IMG/VR virus record: IMGVR_UViG_3300031999_000037
Coordinates: 1 to 49,447 of that record
Strand: one strand, 5' to 3'
DNA from: a virus
Taxonomy: Duplodnaviria > Caudoviricetes
Length of the DNA: 49,447 nt
This document shows, piece by piece, positions 16,688 to 27,723 of this stretch. Within the stretch, counting starts at the first letter, position 1. Each line of letters begins with the position of its first letter. A program made the position numbers and the translations under genes. The notes under the pieces are model-generated. The model ran no database searches, was not told the DNA's origin, and saw only the letters and a list, made by a program, of their open reading frames with translations.

Positions 16688-19103
16688 ACTCGGCAAGGCA
16701 ACCTACGTCCTCACCGTCAACTCGTCTCAGTTCAATACGGGTCTGGCGAAGGCCGAGGCCGAGGCCACCGCAGCGACTAACAACATCGCTCGGGGCTTCG
16801 GCATGGTGGCGAAGTCGGAGGTAGCCGCAGGGGAGGCCGGTGCTGCGGCTGCTTCCGGCGTTGCCGCAGCCGGTGCCGCGGCTGCTACCGCCGGTGCGGC
16901 AGCGGGCCGCTCTGGCGCGCTGTGGGGCAAGGCTGCCATGCGTATCGAGGCGGCGGGACGCGCCGGGCACATGGCCGGGTTCATCGGCCTGGGCGCTGCG
17001 TACTTCGCGCTCGAAGGCGGGATCCACTACCTCAAGGAGTCGAACGAAGGATGGCTCAAGGTCTCGAACGCCATCGAGGCCACCGGCGGGGTTGCTGGCG
17101 TGACTGGGGAGCACGCGAAGGAGCTATCGGAGCACATGACGAAGCTGACGGGTACCTCGGCCGGAGCGAACTACGCGCTCGAAAACATGCTGCTCCGCTT
17201 CACGAACATCCGCAACCTCGGGCCGGGACTCGGCATGGTCTTCGACCGCACCATCGAGCACGTCCAGAACATCTCCATCGCCACCGGCAAGAGCACGAAG
17301 GCCATCGGCATCGCGCTCGGCAAGGCCATGCAGGATCCCGCGAAGTACCTGGGCATCCTCGGCCGCTCCGGCGTTACGTTCACGGACGCGCAGAAGAAGT
17401 CGCTCGCCGCGATGGAGGCGACCAACGGGATCGCTGCCGCGCAGGCCTATCTCCTCCACATCCTCGATACCCGCTACGGAGGCTTGAGCACCCACACGGA
17501 GAGCCTGGCCGAGAAGACGAAGAAGTCGCTCAACACCCAGCTGCGCATCGCCAAGGACACCATCGATGAAGCGGCGGCAAGTCTCGTGACCTCGTTCATC
17601 CCTGCGGTCGCCGTGATCGCCAAGGGCGTGGCGCACTTCGCCGGGGCGCTCACGCATGTGCGCAAGCCACTCATGATCTTGGTCGTTGCGCTGGTGGGAC
17701 TGAAGGTCGCGGCTATCGCGGCGCGGATCGCGCTCGGAGCATTGCGCACGATGATGGTGATTGCGCGCACCGCCACGCTTCTGTATGCCGTCGCTACCAA
17801 CCGGCTGTCGATTGCCCAGGCCGTGGCCGCGGTCAAGGCCGGTTATCTGAAGGGCGCGGTCATCGCCACCTCCGAAGCCGAGGTCATCGCAACGGGCACG
17901 ACTAAGGCATTCGCCGGTTCGCTCGGGAAGGCGGGCCTGTACGGAATGCTCGTCGCCGCATCGTTCGGAATCTCCACGCTCATCTTGCGCACTACCCACC
18001 TCGATAAGATCTTCAAGAAGGCTGGAGGGTGGGCGTACGATTTCGCAGCCAAGCTCGGCCTGGTCTCCGCGGGTATCTCGGATGCCTCGGCGAACGCGGG
18101 AATGCACATGGCGGATCCCAAGGTGCAGGAGCAGCTGCGGGCTGCGTACGAGAAGGCGAAGAACGCACCTGACCTTGGAGGCTTGCGCGACAAGATCGTG
18201 GAGCAGATGGTCGGCAAGGGGTACACCTACCACGACGCCGAGGTGTTTGCGGGGAAGGCAGGCCCGAAGCCCGGAGAAGCTCCCGCTGCCGGTGAGCAGA
18301 CCGAGTACGCGAAGGATCCCGGCAAGAGCGGCACCATCAAGAAGCCGAAGGTCAAGGCTGCCAAGGCCCCGAAGGCCCCGAAGGCTCCCGCCGTGCTGTC
18401 CTCCGCGGACATCCTCGGAGCGGGATTCGTCAAGCTCGACATCAAGATGGCGCAGGCCGAGCGCACCAAGAAGACGGCTGACGACCGCGCCGTCCTCCGC
18501 GAGGAGATGGCGTACATCAACAGCGTGCTGCGCACCCGCAAGCTCTCGCTCGAACAGCGCCGCGACCTGGAGCAGCAGCTGACCGGGATCGACCAGCAGA
18601 TCAAGGGCATGGAGGAGACCGAGACCAAGAAGAAGAAGAAGGCGGCTGGCGTCCTCCTGCTCTCGCCCGCGCAGATCCGGATCAACATCGCCAAGGCCGA
18701 GCGCACGAAGGGCAAGGCCGACGACCTGAAGGCGTGGAACCAGGAGAAGGCGTACCTGGAGGATCAGCTGAAGCACAAGAAGCACACGCTCAAGGAGCGC
18801 GCCCGCATCCAGGAGGAGTTGACGCGGGTCGAGAAGCAGATCCTCGCGCTCAAGAAGAAGGGCACCGACGCGGCCAAGCAGATGCGGCTCCGCGAGATGC
18901 AGGCAGCGATGGACTTGCGCGGCTCCTTCTTCTCGCAGTTCGCGTCGAGCATCTTCCACCGGCAAGGTGGTGGTGACCAGATGGCGATGGGTAACGGGAA
19001 GACGATGAACTACCACCAGACGAACCACTACAACGAGATCCCGCGCGACAAGTTCGCCACCTCGCGGCAGATGCGGCTGGCTACCTCGGGAGCGTGGGAC
19101 TGA
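16680..19103 (+). CDS. tape measure protein
   Basis: Ala/Gly-rich helical protein; LGKAMQDP...LGRSGVTFT motif; hydrophobic segment; Lys-rich C-terminus. Confidence 0.9.
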   Translation: MPELGKATYVLTVNSSQFNTGLAKAEAEATAATNNIARGFGMVAKSEVAAGEAGAAAASGVAAAGAAAATAGAAAGRSGALWGKAAMRIEAAGRAGHMAGFIGLGAAYFALEGGIHYLKESNEGWLKVSNAIEATGGVAGVTGEHAKELSEHMTKLTGTSAGANYALENMLLRFTNIRNLGPGLGMVFDRTIEHVQNISIATGKSTKAIGIALGKAMQDPAKYLGILGRSGVTFTDAQKKSLAAMEATNGIAAAQAYLLHILDTRYGGLSTHTESLAEKTKKSLNTQLRIAKDTIDEAAASLVTSFIPAVAVIAKGVAHFAGALTHVRKPLMILVVALVGLKVAAIAARIALGALRTMMVIARTATLLYAVATNRLSIAQAVAAVKAGYLKGAVIATSEAEVIATGTTKAFAGSLGKAGLYGMLVAASFGISTLILRTTHLDKIFKKAGGWAYDFAAKLGLVSAGISDASANAGMHMADPKVQEQLRAAYEKAKNAPDLGGLRDKIVEQMVGKGYTYHDAEVFAGKAGPKPGEAPAAGEQTEYAKDPGKSGTIKKPKVKAAKAPKAPKAPAVLSSADILGAGFVKLDIKMAQAERTKKTADDRAVLREEMAYINSVLRTRKLSLEQRRDLEQQLTGIDQQIKGMEETETKKKKKAAGVLLLSPAQIRINIAKAERTKGKADDLKAWNQEKAYLEDQLKHKKHTLKERARIQEELTRVEKQILALKKKGTDAAKQMRLREMQAAMDLRGSFFSQFASSIFHRQGGGDQMAMGNGKTMNYHQTNHYNEIPRDKFATSRQMRLATSGAWD

Positions 19104-19942
19104 TGGAGATCGGCGTCCCGCTCAGTCTGCTCACGGCTCAGAACGTCGAGCTTGCGTTCAACGACTTCTCGGTCAACCCGACCAGCCTGTCCGGCGTGAT
19201 CACGCCCTACGCGCCCGGCGTCGGCAACGGCTATCTCATCCAGAAGATCACCGGGCTGGACGGCGCGCCGATTCGCAACCCGATGGACTCGCGCCCGCAC
19301 AAGAGCGGCGGCATCGGCCACGCCTTCCTGCGCGACTTCCGCGTGTTCACCATCGAGGGGATCGTGATGGCCGAGACGAACGCCATCCGCACCGCGATGG
19401 AGGACAAGCTCCGCGGCGTAGCCGAGTCGCTGATGAAGGATCAGGGCCGCTGCTTCTTCATCCCTTCCGGCCAGGCCACCCGGTTCCTTGAGGTCAAGCA
19501 CTACGAGGCCGTTGAGAACAGCGACTTCCCGTTCGGCCTATCCGGCCCGCACGGATTCCAGATCACCTTCGTCGCCGACCGGCCCTACCCACTCACCTAC
19601 ACGCAGATCGTCACGAACCTCCCAGACGGAATTGCGACCGCGGTGGGCAACGCGGGCAACGCGGAGACCTGGCCAGTGGTCAAGGTCTTCGGCCCGTCCT
19701 CTGGCTTCACGTTGCAGCGCGCGGACGGCACGAACATCACCTGGACGGGCACCCTCGGCGCTGGCGTCTATATCGAGATCGACATGTTCAAGGAGACGAT
19801 GTACAACAACGGCGATGAGGCCGACCGGCTCGGTGGCCTCGACCTGGAGAACTCGGACTTCTTCCCGATCCCCGCAGGCGGCGATACGCTCACCGTCACC
19901 AACGCGACGGCATCCGTCCTCGCCAACGCAGCCTGGGCGTAG
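19103..19942 (+). CDS. distal tail (Dit-like) protein
   Basis: TGATG overlap with the tape measure; GLDGAPIR, NAGNAETWPVVKVFGP. Confidence 0.8.
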   Translation: MEIGVPLSLLTAQNVELAFNDFSVNPTSLSGVITPYAPGVGNGYLIQKITGLDGAPIRNPMDSRPHKSGGIGHAFLRDFRVFTIEGIVMAETNAIRTAMEDKLRGVAESLMKDQGRCFFIPSGQATRFLEVKHYEAVENSDFPFGLSGPHGFQITFVADRPYPLTYTQIVTNLPDGIATAVGNAGNAETWPVVKVFGPSSGFTLQRADGTNITWTGTLGAGVYIEIDMFKETMYNNGDEADRLGGLDLENSDFFPIPAGGDTLTVTNATASVLANAAWA

Positions 19943-19945
19943 GCC

Positions 19946-21106
19946 GTGGCCGCGCCCGCGCATCCTCCTGTCTTCTGGCGCCTGGTCGTCACCGATCTCC
20001 TCGGGGCGACTATCACGCTCGTCACCGGGACGGCCGACGACATCGCGCTTCAGTTCAGGCTCAACCGGCCGGACATGCTGACCTTCTCGTTGCCGTCCGA
20101 GGATCCGCTCACGAACATCGTGCATACGGACGGATACCCGTACATGGCGTGCGGCGTCCGCATGGTCAAGGCGTTCAGGAAGGTGGGCACCGACCCTGGC
20201 AACTGGGTCATCCGGTTCGTCGGCCGGGTCTGGACTCTGGAGGATTCCGGCGACGGCTCGCGCGTGCGCACCAACGTCACCTGCTACTCGCCGCTGCACC
20301 TGCTTGGCAAGCGGCTCGTGCGCGAGAGCGACGGCACGGTCTACAAGCAGGTGAAGTGGTGGGATACGCCGGGCGCCGTGATCTTCCGAGACATGGTTGA
20401 GCGCACCCACGTCTACAAGGGGCAGAACATCGGGCTGGACGATACGAGCACCGGCACCTGGAGCGTGGGTACTGCGCACCAGACCGTGGGTTACGACCAG
20501 GCGTACATCCTCCCGTCCGTCGTCACGCTCTGCGACACCGGCACGATGGACATCACCCAGGACTATCAGAACGTCACGGACGGCAAGCACCTTCGTCTCG
20601 GAGCGGTATCACGTCTGGGGTTGCAGAAGGAGGCAGTAGTGTTCGGGTACGCCGCGCCTCCGCGGACGGCCACGAGCTTCCAGCGCGTGCAGACGATGGA
20701 CGACCTGTACAACGACGTCACGCTGTGGGGCAAGAGCACGACGGGGCGACGGGCCGTCTCCACGGACGCAACCTCGAAGACGACCTTCGGGACGTTCGAG
20801 GTGGCCGAGGTGATCTCGGACATCGAGACGGTCGAGCTTCTCCAGCTGCTCGCCGATGAGCGCATCGCGCTCCAGAAGGATCCGCGCGACATGGTCACGG
20901 TCATCCCGGCTCCCGAGATCTCGTCGGTACCATTCGACGCGTGGTTCGTCGGCGACACTATCCGTGTGAACGCTTCGCGGTCTCCGTTCCCCGTTACCCG
21001 CGAGCTTGTCTCGGGCTATCAGCGCGTCTACGGATTCGACCTTGAGGTCGGGAAGACCGCAGGCGAGCAGGTCACGAACATGATCGTTTCGAGCCAGGGC
21101 GCATGA
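19946..21106 (+). CDS. baseplate hub/minor tail protein (Tal-like)
   Basis: Follows Dit; [15 protein letters not shown]. Confidence 0.75.
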   Translation: MAAPAHPPVFWRLVVTDLLGATITLVTGTADDIALQFRLNRPDMLTFSLPSEDPLTNIVHTDGYPYMACGVRMVKAFRKVGTDPGNWVIRFVGRVWTLEDSGDGSRVRTNVTCYSPLHLLGKRLVRESDGTVYKQVKWWDTPGAVIFRDMVERTHVYKGQNIGLDDTSTGTWSVGTAHQTVGYDQAYILPSVVTLCDTGTMDITQDYQNVTDGKHLRLGAVSRLGLQKEAVVFGYAAPPRTATSFQRVQTMDDLYNDVTLWGKSTTGRRAVSTDATSKTTFGTFEVAEVISDIETVELLQLLADERIALQKDPRDMVTVIPAPEISSVPFDAWFVGDTIRVNASRSPFPVTRELVSGYQRVYGFDLEVGKTAGEQVTNMIVSSQGA

Positions 21107-23391
21107 GCAAGCACCTTCAGCCGCAGACCACCGAGACCAAGGTCTTCGGTGATCACGAGCGCCGCATGCAGGCGGTCGAGAAGCGCCCGCCCGGCCCGTG
21201 GATCTACGTCGGCACCTACCCCGCAGGGCCGAACACCACTCCGGATAGTCCTCCGTTCGAGGGCGTATGGCAGAACTCAGGCGGTGGCGAGACTCCGATG
21301 CGCTTCCGCTGGCGCACGGACGGCAACCTTGATATCGAGGGAGGGGTAACCGGAGGAGCAGCTGGATCCACGATCTTCAATCTTCCGGCGGGCTTCGTTC
21401 CCGACTTCGACAAGCGGCTCCCGGCCACCGACCAGTTCGACAACCATGCCACCGTCAAGATCCTGCCGAGCGGCGCCGTCTCGTGGAAGGGTTCGAGCGC
21501 AGGCGAGGTCGGGTTCACAGGAGCATTCGGCCCTACCGGCGCAACGGGTGCTGGCAACACAGGCGCCACCGGCCCCACAGGCGCCACAGGCGCCACCGGT
21601 GCGGGCAACACAGGGGCTACGGGCGCTATCGGGCCTACCGGCCCAGCCGGTGGCAACACGGGCGCCACAGGGCCGCAGGGCGACACAGGGGCTACGGGTG
21701 CGTTCGGCAACACCGGAGCAACCGGTGCGGGCGAAACAGGTGCAACTGGGCCTATCGGCCCGACCGGCCCGAGCGGCGGGCCGACCGGCCCGATGGGGCC
21801 GACCGGCCCGCCTGGGTATGACGGAGCAGACGGCGACGATGGGTGGCCCGGCCCGATAGGCATGACCGGATCCACCGGCCCCATCGGAGGAACCGGCCCT
21901 ACAGGCGCGCAGGGAGTTACGGGGCCACGCGGCAATACAGGCGCAGGCATCACAGGCGCCACTGGCCCTATCGGTGAGTCCGGGGCTACAGGCCCGAGCG
22001 GCCCTACGGGTGCCCAGGGCCATACCGGCGCAACCGGTCGTACCGGGCCTACCGGGCCGAGCGGTGGTCTCGGGTTCACCGGCGCTACAGGTGCGGGCAA
22101 CACAGGATCTACAGGGCCTAGCGGCGCGACCGGGGCCACTGGTGCTGGTACCACAGGAGCCACGGGGCCGTTCGGGAATACTGGCTCTCCCGGCGCAACC
22201 GGTTCTACCGGAGCGACCGGAGCAGGTGTCACAGGAGCGACCGGCCCGGTCGGAAGCCTCGGGCCGCGAGGATTTCCGGGGGACGACGGAGATGACGGCC
22301 CGCCTGGCCCACAGGGGATGACCGGAACTACAGGGCCTACTGGCGCTACCGGAGACCCCGGAGGGGCGACCGGCCCCACCGGGCCGCAAGGGTGGACTGG
22401 CCCATCAGGTGGCCCCACCGGTTTCACCGGCCCTGCAGGCCCTCAAGGAGATGACGGAGATGTCGGCCCGTTCGGCCCTCCTGGGCAGCCAGGCCCTACC
22501 GGCGCGACGGGGCCGGGAGGCGGAGGCAGCGGCATCTGGGAGGAAACTCCCGCGCTGGAAACTGACGCCGTTGTATCGAACACCACCAGCACGACGTTTG
22601 TGGATGTTGTCGAATCAACTACCTGGGGGAGCAACCCGTTCACGATCACCAACTACTCATCGCGCGAAGCGACCGCGGAGTACGGCGAGATCATGCTCCA
22701 GGTCTACGAGCAGGAGGGCCACGGCGAATACGCGATCCGTTACAACGGCGTGGACTACTCCATCCTCGACACGACCCTCCTCCAGAGCGAGTCTGGTCAA
22801 GACTACTTCCCCGTCCAATCAGTCCATGACACCGGCTGGCTTAGGCTCGTTGACTTAGTCGGCGCAGCGGCAGCTATCGACTCGTTTACCCTCCGATACA
22901 GGTGGGACGGTGTCACTGGCACGAAGCTCGACATCGGGCCGTACACGAAACTGTGGTGGCGCGTCCGGCCGACTACGTCTGAGGTGGGGCAGATCAGCGA
23001 GGTGGACATCTCCGAAGACTGGATTGTTCCACTCTGGCGCGGCGGAGGGAACTGGTCGTTCTTCGCAACCGCATCTGATCCAGACACGTATTTGGCGAGC
23101 GCTGTTGACGATCTCATCGTTGTCGACTGCACGCTGGGCGAGGCCATCATCGCCCTCCCGGCCACGCTCGACGTAGGGCCGCGCAGGCCATACGGCAAGC
23201 AAATGAAGATCAAGAAGCGGGACGCGACCGCGAACGTCATCACGGTTACCCCGATGACCGGGCAGGTCAACGGTGACGACTTCATGGACGACGCCGCGAC
23301 GACGTACGTCCTCGCCAACCAGAACGAGAGCGTCCACATCCAGAACGACTCAAACCACCACTGGTGGGTCGTCGCCAGCCACCTCCACTAG
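21103..23391 (+). CDS. collagen-like tail fibre
   Basis: Long G-X-T repeat region (~21510-22520); N-terminal [10 protein letters not shown] tail domain; C-terminal fibre-type domain. Confidence 0.85.
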   Translation: MSKHLQPQTTETKVFGDHERRMQAVEKRPPGPWIYVGTYPAGPNTTPDSPPFEGVWQNSGGGETPMRFRWRTDGNLDIEGGVTGGAAGSTIFNLPAGFVPDFDKRLPATDQFDNHATVKILPSGAVSWKGSSAGEVGFTGAFGPTGATGAGNTGATGPTGATGATGAGNTGATGAIGPTGPAGGNTGATGPQGDTGATGAFGNTGATGAGETGATGPIGPTGPSGGPTGPMGPTGPPGYDGADGDDGWPGPIGMTGSTGPIGGTGPTGAQGVTGPRGNTGAGITGATGPIGESGATGPSGPTGAQGHTGATGRTGPTGPSGGLGFTGATGAGNTGSTGPSGATGATGAGTTGATGPFGNTGSPGATGSTGATGAGVTGATGPVGSLGPRGFPGDDGDDGPPGPQGMTGTTGPTGATGDPGGATGPTGPQGWTGPSGGPTGFTGPAGPQGDDGDVGPFGPPGQPGPTGATGPGGGGSGIWEETPALETDAVVSNTTSTTFVDVVESTTWGSNPFTITNYSSREATAEYGEIMLQVYEQEGHGEYAIRYNGVDYSILDTTLLQSESGQDYFPVQSVHDTGWLRLVDLVGAAAAIDSFTLRYRWDGVTGTKLDIGPYTKLWWRVRPTTSEVGQISEVDISEDWIVPLWRGGGNWSFFATASDPDTYLASAVDDLIVVDCTLGEAIIALPATLDVGPRRPYGKQMKIKKRDATANVITVTPMTGQVNGDDFMDDAATTYVLANQNESVHIQNDSNHHWWVVASHLH
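21510..22520 (+). repeat. collagen G-X-Y coding repeats (GAT/GPT/GNT)
   Basis: Direct from the translation. Confidence 0.95.
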
Positions 23392-23407
23392 CCGGTACGC
23401 TGTACCC

Positions 23408-23629
23408 GTGGACGCGCTCGACCTCAGCACCAACAAGGATCTCCGCTCGTACTTCGAGGGCCTGAACGTCGACTGCCCCTCGGGGCCGTGCCCCGGCAAG
23501 CTCTCGGATTACGTCCAGGAGAACTGGCAACCCTTCAAGGCGTTTCTGTACTGCCCGATCTGCGAGAGCCGACTGCGCGTCCACCAGATCGACAAGGGCT
23601 GGGCCAAGAAGCCGATCATCATCCCGTAG
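23408..23629 (+). CDS. small Zn-ribbon protein
   Basis: CPSGPC...CPIC; TACGCT-N6-GTG. Confidence 0.6.
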   Translation: MDALDLSTNKDLRSYFEGLNVDCPSGPCPGKLSDYVQENWQPFKAFLYCPICESRLRVHQIDKGWAKKPIIIP

Positions 23630-23703
23630 CAGGCCGATACGGGACGCAGGTCGAGTGTAGACTCCCTAGCGTGATGATCAACGACTTCGGACGGGAGCAG
23701 TAG

Positions 23704-24039
23704 ATGGCTGGCACGATCAAGCGCACCTTCGGGCCTCTCGCCCTGACCACGACGTACACGACCAACGTGTACAACAACTCCTCGGCGCTCATCTACGACG
23801 TCGTCCGCCACATCCACGTGGCGAACAAGCTGCTCGCCGATACGTTCCGCCTGTACATCGGCGCGACGGGCGGCAACGCGGCGGGCACCGAGATGTTCTT
23901 CGACTACCCGGTCGCGGCCAAGCAGAGCTACGACTACTACTGCTCCTTGAAGCTGGTCTCCACCGACTTCATCGTCGGCGGCGCGGCTACGACCCTCACC
24001 TGCGTGATCGAGGCCGAGGGCGAGCAGTACGCAGTCTGA
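23704..24039 (+). CDS. putative virion structural protein
   Basis: GGGAG SD; beta-rich; fibre region. Confidence 0.7.
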   Translation: MAGTIKRTFGPLALTTTYTTNVYNNSSALIYDVVRHIHVANKLLADTFRLYIGATGGNAAGTEMFFDYPVAAKQSYDYYCSLKLVSTDFIVGGAATTLTCVIEAEGEQYAV

Positions 24040-24086
24040 GCCAGGGCGAACCCTTCAAGACGTAGGCGGCAGCTACGCTTCGCGGC

Positions 24087-25229
24087 GTGAAGCACCGCCT
24101 CCACGTCGTCTCGCTCCCGCACACGCAGACCACCGCGGCGTACAACGCCTGCGCCTACACGCAGAAGGTGCGCAAGTTCGGCAAGATGATGACGGCCCGT
24201 GGGCACGAGGTCTTCATCTACTCGGGCGAGGAGAACGACGCCGAGTGTACTGAGCACATCGTCTCGGTCACGAAGGCGCAGCAGGCGGAGTGGTTCGGTG
24301 AGTACGACCAGTCCGGCTTCTACCCGATCACCTGGGATCCGAACGACGTCCACTGGCGCGAGATGAACTGGCGAGCCTCCCAGCAGATCCGTGAGCGTGC
24401 CGAGCCGCGCGACATCGTCTGCATCATCGCAGGCGTGTGCCAGGCACAGATCGCACACGACCTTTCGCACCTCCAGTCCTGTGAGTGGGGCATCGGGTAC
24501 TCAGGCACGTTCTCGCCGAACAAGTGCTGGGAGAGCTACGCCTGGATGCACTACTGCTATGGCGACCAAAGAATCGGAGACGGCATCTGGTTCGACACGG
24601 TCATTCCTAACTTCTTCGACCCGGAGGAGTTCCCGGCTGCCCGGCGTTCGCCCAAGGCGAAGCCGTACCTCCTCTACGTCGGTCGGCTGATCGGACGCAA
24701 GGGTGTTCACATCGCCAACCAGATCTCAAAGGAGACGGGGCTGCCCCTGAAGATCGCAGGCCAGGGCGGCAAGCAGTGGGGTAAGGGATACGTCCAGGCA
24801 GATGAGATGCGCCTCGAAGGAGACATCGAGTACCTTGGGCTGGTCGACATCGACCAGCGCGCCAAGCTCATGTCCGGCGCCGCGGCCGTGCTCGTACCCA
24901 CGACATACATCGAGCCGTTCGGCGGCGTGGCCGTCGAGGCGATGATGTCCGGGACTCCCGCGATCACCACGGACTGGGGTGCCTTCACCGAGACCGTGCC
25001 GCAGGGGATCGGAGGGTACCGCTTCCGTACGCTGGGCGGAGGGCGCCAGGCTGTCGAGGACGCAATGCTACTCGACCGGGACGCGATCCGCGCGTACGCG
25101 CACGGGAGGTTCAGCCTTGAGACGGTGGGCGCGCAGTACGAGGAGTGGTTCGACAGGCTCTCGCTCCTATGGGGTCAGGGCTGGAACGACCCGCGAGGGC
25201 CGTTCGACCTTCGCTCCTCCGCGGGGTAA
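24087..25229 (+). CDS. GT4 glycosyltransferase
   Basis: LYVGRL..RKG and EPFGGVAVEAMMSGTPAITTDWGAF. Confidence 0.93.
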   Translation: MKHRLHVVSLPHTQTTAAYNACAYTQKVRKFGKMMTARGHEVFIYSGEENDAECTEHIVSVTKAQQAEWFGEYDQSGFYPITWDPNDVHWREMNWRASQQIRERAEPRDIVCIIAGVCQAQIAHDLSHLQSCEWGIGYSGTFSPNKCWESYAWMHYCYGDQRIGDGIWFDTVIPNFFDPEEFPAARRSPKAKPYLLYVGRLIGRKGVHIANQISKETGLPLKIAGQGGKQWGKGYVQADEMRLEGDIEYLGLVDIDQRAKLMSGAAAVLVPTTYIEPFGGVAVEAMMSGTPAITTDWGAFTETVPQGIGGYRFRTLGGGRQAVEDAMLLDRDAIRAYAHGRFSLETVGAQYEEWFDRLSLLWGQGWNDPRGPFDLRSSAG

Positions 25230-25238
25230 GATCCCAGC

Positions 25239-25460
25239 ATGGCCGCGTACACGATCATCAACTCCTCGGACGCACAGCTGGTCAACGTCAATGCCGGTGG
25301 TACGGACGTCGACTCGCTGACCTACAAGACCGGGGTCACGCTGACGAACACGGAGCTTGCCGCACTGCTGGCACTGGCTAATGTTGCCGTCATGGCGGAC
25401 GCAGCAACGTCTGCCCAGCGGCGGGTCGTGTCCATCGCCGGTGGCTACCTCTCGGCGTAG
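25239..25460 (+). CDS. 73-aa protein, stand-alone copy of the shared module
   Basis: TAAGAT-N6-ATG; homologous to segments of the next two genes. Confidence 0.75.
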   Translation: MAAYTIINSSDAQLVNVNAGGTDVDSLTYKTGVTLTNTELAALLALANVAVMADAATSAQRRVVSIAGGYLSA

Positions 25461-25462
25461 CC

Positions 25463-26317
25463 ATGGCTACCCTGCCTCTTCCTTCTATCAGAGCGCATAG
25501 CTACGCCGAGTCCTCCGGTGGTACAACCTATGTAAACGCAAAGCCTGCGGGTACGGCTGATGGAGATGTTCTCCTTTGGTACCTCAACATGTTCCCGAGT
25601 TCAATCACTGTCCCGACGGCTCCGGCTGGTTGGACTCAGCTTGGAGTCAGGGAGCCTTGCACGAATATCGTAAGGTACATCTACTACAAGAAAGCCTTGT
25701 CCGAACCTGCTTCATGGACTACTACGGTGAGTGCTGGTTCCTTCGGTGGTGGCTGCGTCCTTGCTATCAAGGACTGCGCCGCAGTATTCGTGGCGCCCAC
25801 GATTGGAACCGTCCAGAACACTCCGGGCGGGACAACCGCTTATGCTCCTGGCCCTGACACTCCTCCTTTCCCCGGCCTTGCCGTTCTCGCCCTCAATACG
25901 AATGGCAACAACTGGACAGTCCCCGTTGACCCCACTGGGTTCCCGGTGCATGACACAAATATCTACCATCTCGGAACAGGGGTTGCTATCTGGACTGGAT
26001 CGAAGCAGTATTCTGTTCCTGCAAGCGAAGACCCCACCATCACGCTGTCCCTCGCAGATCAAGGAGTCAGTGAGATGGTCTTCGTCAAGGGAGACGTATC
26101 GGCGTACACCATCTGGAACGGAGGCAAAGCGGCACTGACTAACGTCAACGTGGACGGGGTCGATGTCGATGCTCTGTCATACAAGAGCACGACCTTGACT
26201 CCCACCGAGTTGGCGGCTGTGATCGCTCTCCCGGATGTCGCCGTCGTCTCTAACACGACGGTTACCCGTGCCCGCGCGCGGAAGATCGACGTAGCCTCAA
26301 GGTTCGTGAGCGCATGA
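25463..26317 (+). CDS. putative fibre/decoration protein with C-terminal shared module
   Basis: KPAGTADGDVLL...PAGWT adhesin-like domain; visibly more AT-rich. Confidence 0.7.
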   Translation: MATLPLPSIRAHSYAESSGGTTYVNAKPAGTADGDVLLWYLNMFPSSITVPTAPAGWTQLGVREPCTNIVRYIYYKKALSEPASWTTTVSAGSFGGGCVLAIKDCAAVFVAPTIGTVQNTPGGTTAYAPGPDTPPFPGLAVLALNTNGNNWTVPVDPTGFPVHDTNIYHLGTGVAIWTGSKQYSVPASEDPTITLSLADQGVSEMVFVKGDVSAYTIWNGGKAALTNVNVDGVDVDALSYKSTTLTPTELAAVIALPDVAVVSNTTVTRARARKIDVASRFVSA

Positions 26318-27723
26318 CCGCTCTCAGCCAAGCACTGCTCGCTCACAGCCCGCTGGGCCTCTACAAGCTGGACGACGCCTCGGGCCATCCACAAGACTCC
26401 TCCGGCAATGCCAACCACTTCACGAACAACGGCGGCGGCTTGTCGTACCAAGTGGCGCAGACGGCATTTCCGGGTGCAGGCACAGTCGCCATGAGGGGCG
26501 ACGGGACAGCCAACGGCTGGACTGACAAAGCGCCGTTTGCCGACAGGGACAACGCGACGATATTCGCCCTGGCCAAGAGGAATGCCTCCGGCGAGATCGG
26601 GATCTGCTTTGCGAGCGGCAACGTATTCACGGTCGTCAACTCCTGGGGACTCACCCTCGGTGAGGGCGTTGGCACGGACTTCTTCGACGTGTTCGCCAAC
26701 GGCGGGAGCAACGTCGCCAAGGCCGACGCAGTCTCGACTCTCAGTCAGTGGTATAGCCTCGCGGCCGTGCTGACAGGAGGCAACGCAATGACGCTCTACG
26801 TCAACGGGGTTCTCCAGGCAGCGACGACCACGTTCAACCCTGCAGGCATCTCGGGTTCGGACTGGATCTTCGGGATGAACAACGTGAACCTCGCCGCGGA
26901 CATGTCGGTGTCCCATGCGGCGTACATCCCATCGGCCCTGACCGCCGCTCAGATCCTGGCTCTCCACAACACGGCACTCGGCTCGTACCCGATCATCAAC
27001 GGCGGTGCGGCACTCACGAACGTCAACGACGTGGGCGACGACATCTCGACCCAGTCCTACAAGTCGGTTCCGATCTATAGCAGCGAGATGGCCGCACTGC
27101 TTCTGGCCGAGAAGGACGTCGCCATTGTCGGGTACCCGACAACCCTCTCACGAGCACGTCGGCGGAAGTTCAAGATCGCGGCGGACTACGAGGGCAAGGT
27201 TCAGATCCTGGGCGTAACAGATATCACCGGCTTCGTTGCCAACTCCTGGGGACTCGGAGAAGTGGACGCAACCGCCCACACCCTTTCAGACTTCACCGGC
27301 GGGATTCTTGAAAGTATCTCCTGGTACGGAGACCGCTTCGACGCATTCGGAAATGGCGTCAACCAGGTGCTCGCCGTCTGGGCGGATGACGGCGGTGGCG
27401 CACCCGGAGCACTAGTCGGGTACGGTGCGTTGCCAGCGACCCCAGGCGCCTCACCGGCCTGGCAGACGACGACCAGCCTCACCTTGCTCCGCGAAGGTCG
27501 GATGCCCGCGGGCGTGTACCACATCGGTACCCTTGTTCCGAACCTCGGAGTGGGGATTGCGGGACAGCACACCTACGCGATGAACGGAGGTGCGTCGGTC
27601 GGGTTCACCACCCACTTCCGCACAGGGTACGGTGGAACGACCGTCCCTCCAGATCCCAGCGGGATGACTGCCAGCATCAGTAACTATCGGATGGCCATGT
27701 ACTGTACGGTCAGGAAGCCATGA
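26314..27723 (+). CDS. LamG/ConA-like lectin-domain fibre protein with central shared module
   Basis: PLGLYKLDDASG..DSSGN, QWYSLAAV, LYVNGV, ALTAAQILALH. Confidence 0.78.
   Translation: MTALSQALLAHSPLGLYKLDDASGHPQDSSGNANHFTNNGGGLSYQVAQTAFPGAGTVAMRGDGTANGWTDKAPFADRDNATIFALAKRNASGEIGICFASGNVFTVVNSWGLTLGEGVGTDFFDVFANGGSNVAKADAVSTLSQWYSLAAVLTGGNAMTLYVNGVLQAATTTFNPAGISGSDWIFGMNNVNLAADMSVSHAAYIPSALTAAQILALHNTALGSYPIINGGAALTNVNDVGDDISTQSYKSVPIYSSEMAALLLAEKDVAIVGYPTTLSRARRRKFKIAADYEGKVQILGVTDITGFVANSWGLGEVDATAHTLSDFTGGILESISWYGDRFDAFGNGVNQVLAVWADDGGGAPGALVGYGALPATPGASPAWQTTTSLTLLREGRMPAGVYHIGTLVPNLGVGIAGQHTYAMNGGASVGFTTHFRTGYGGTTVPPDPSGMTASISNYRMAMYCTVRKP

Noticed and set aside
17124-19028. Long antisense/overlapping ORFs (also 1819-2907, 7715-8902, 29409-30431)
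   Set aside because: High-GC shadows of well-supported genes on the other strand
21216-22427. Minus-strand 403-aa collagen-like ORF
   Set aside because: Antisense shadow of the G-X-T repeats of the real fibre gene
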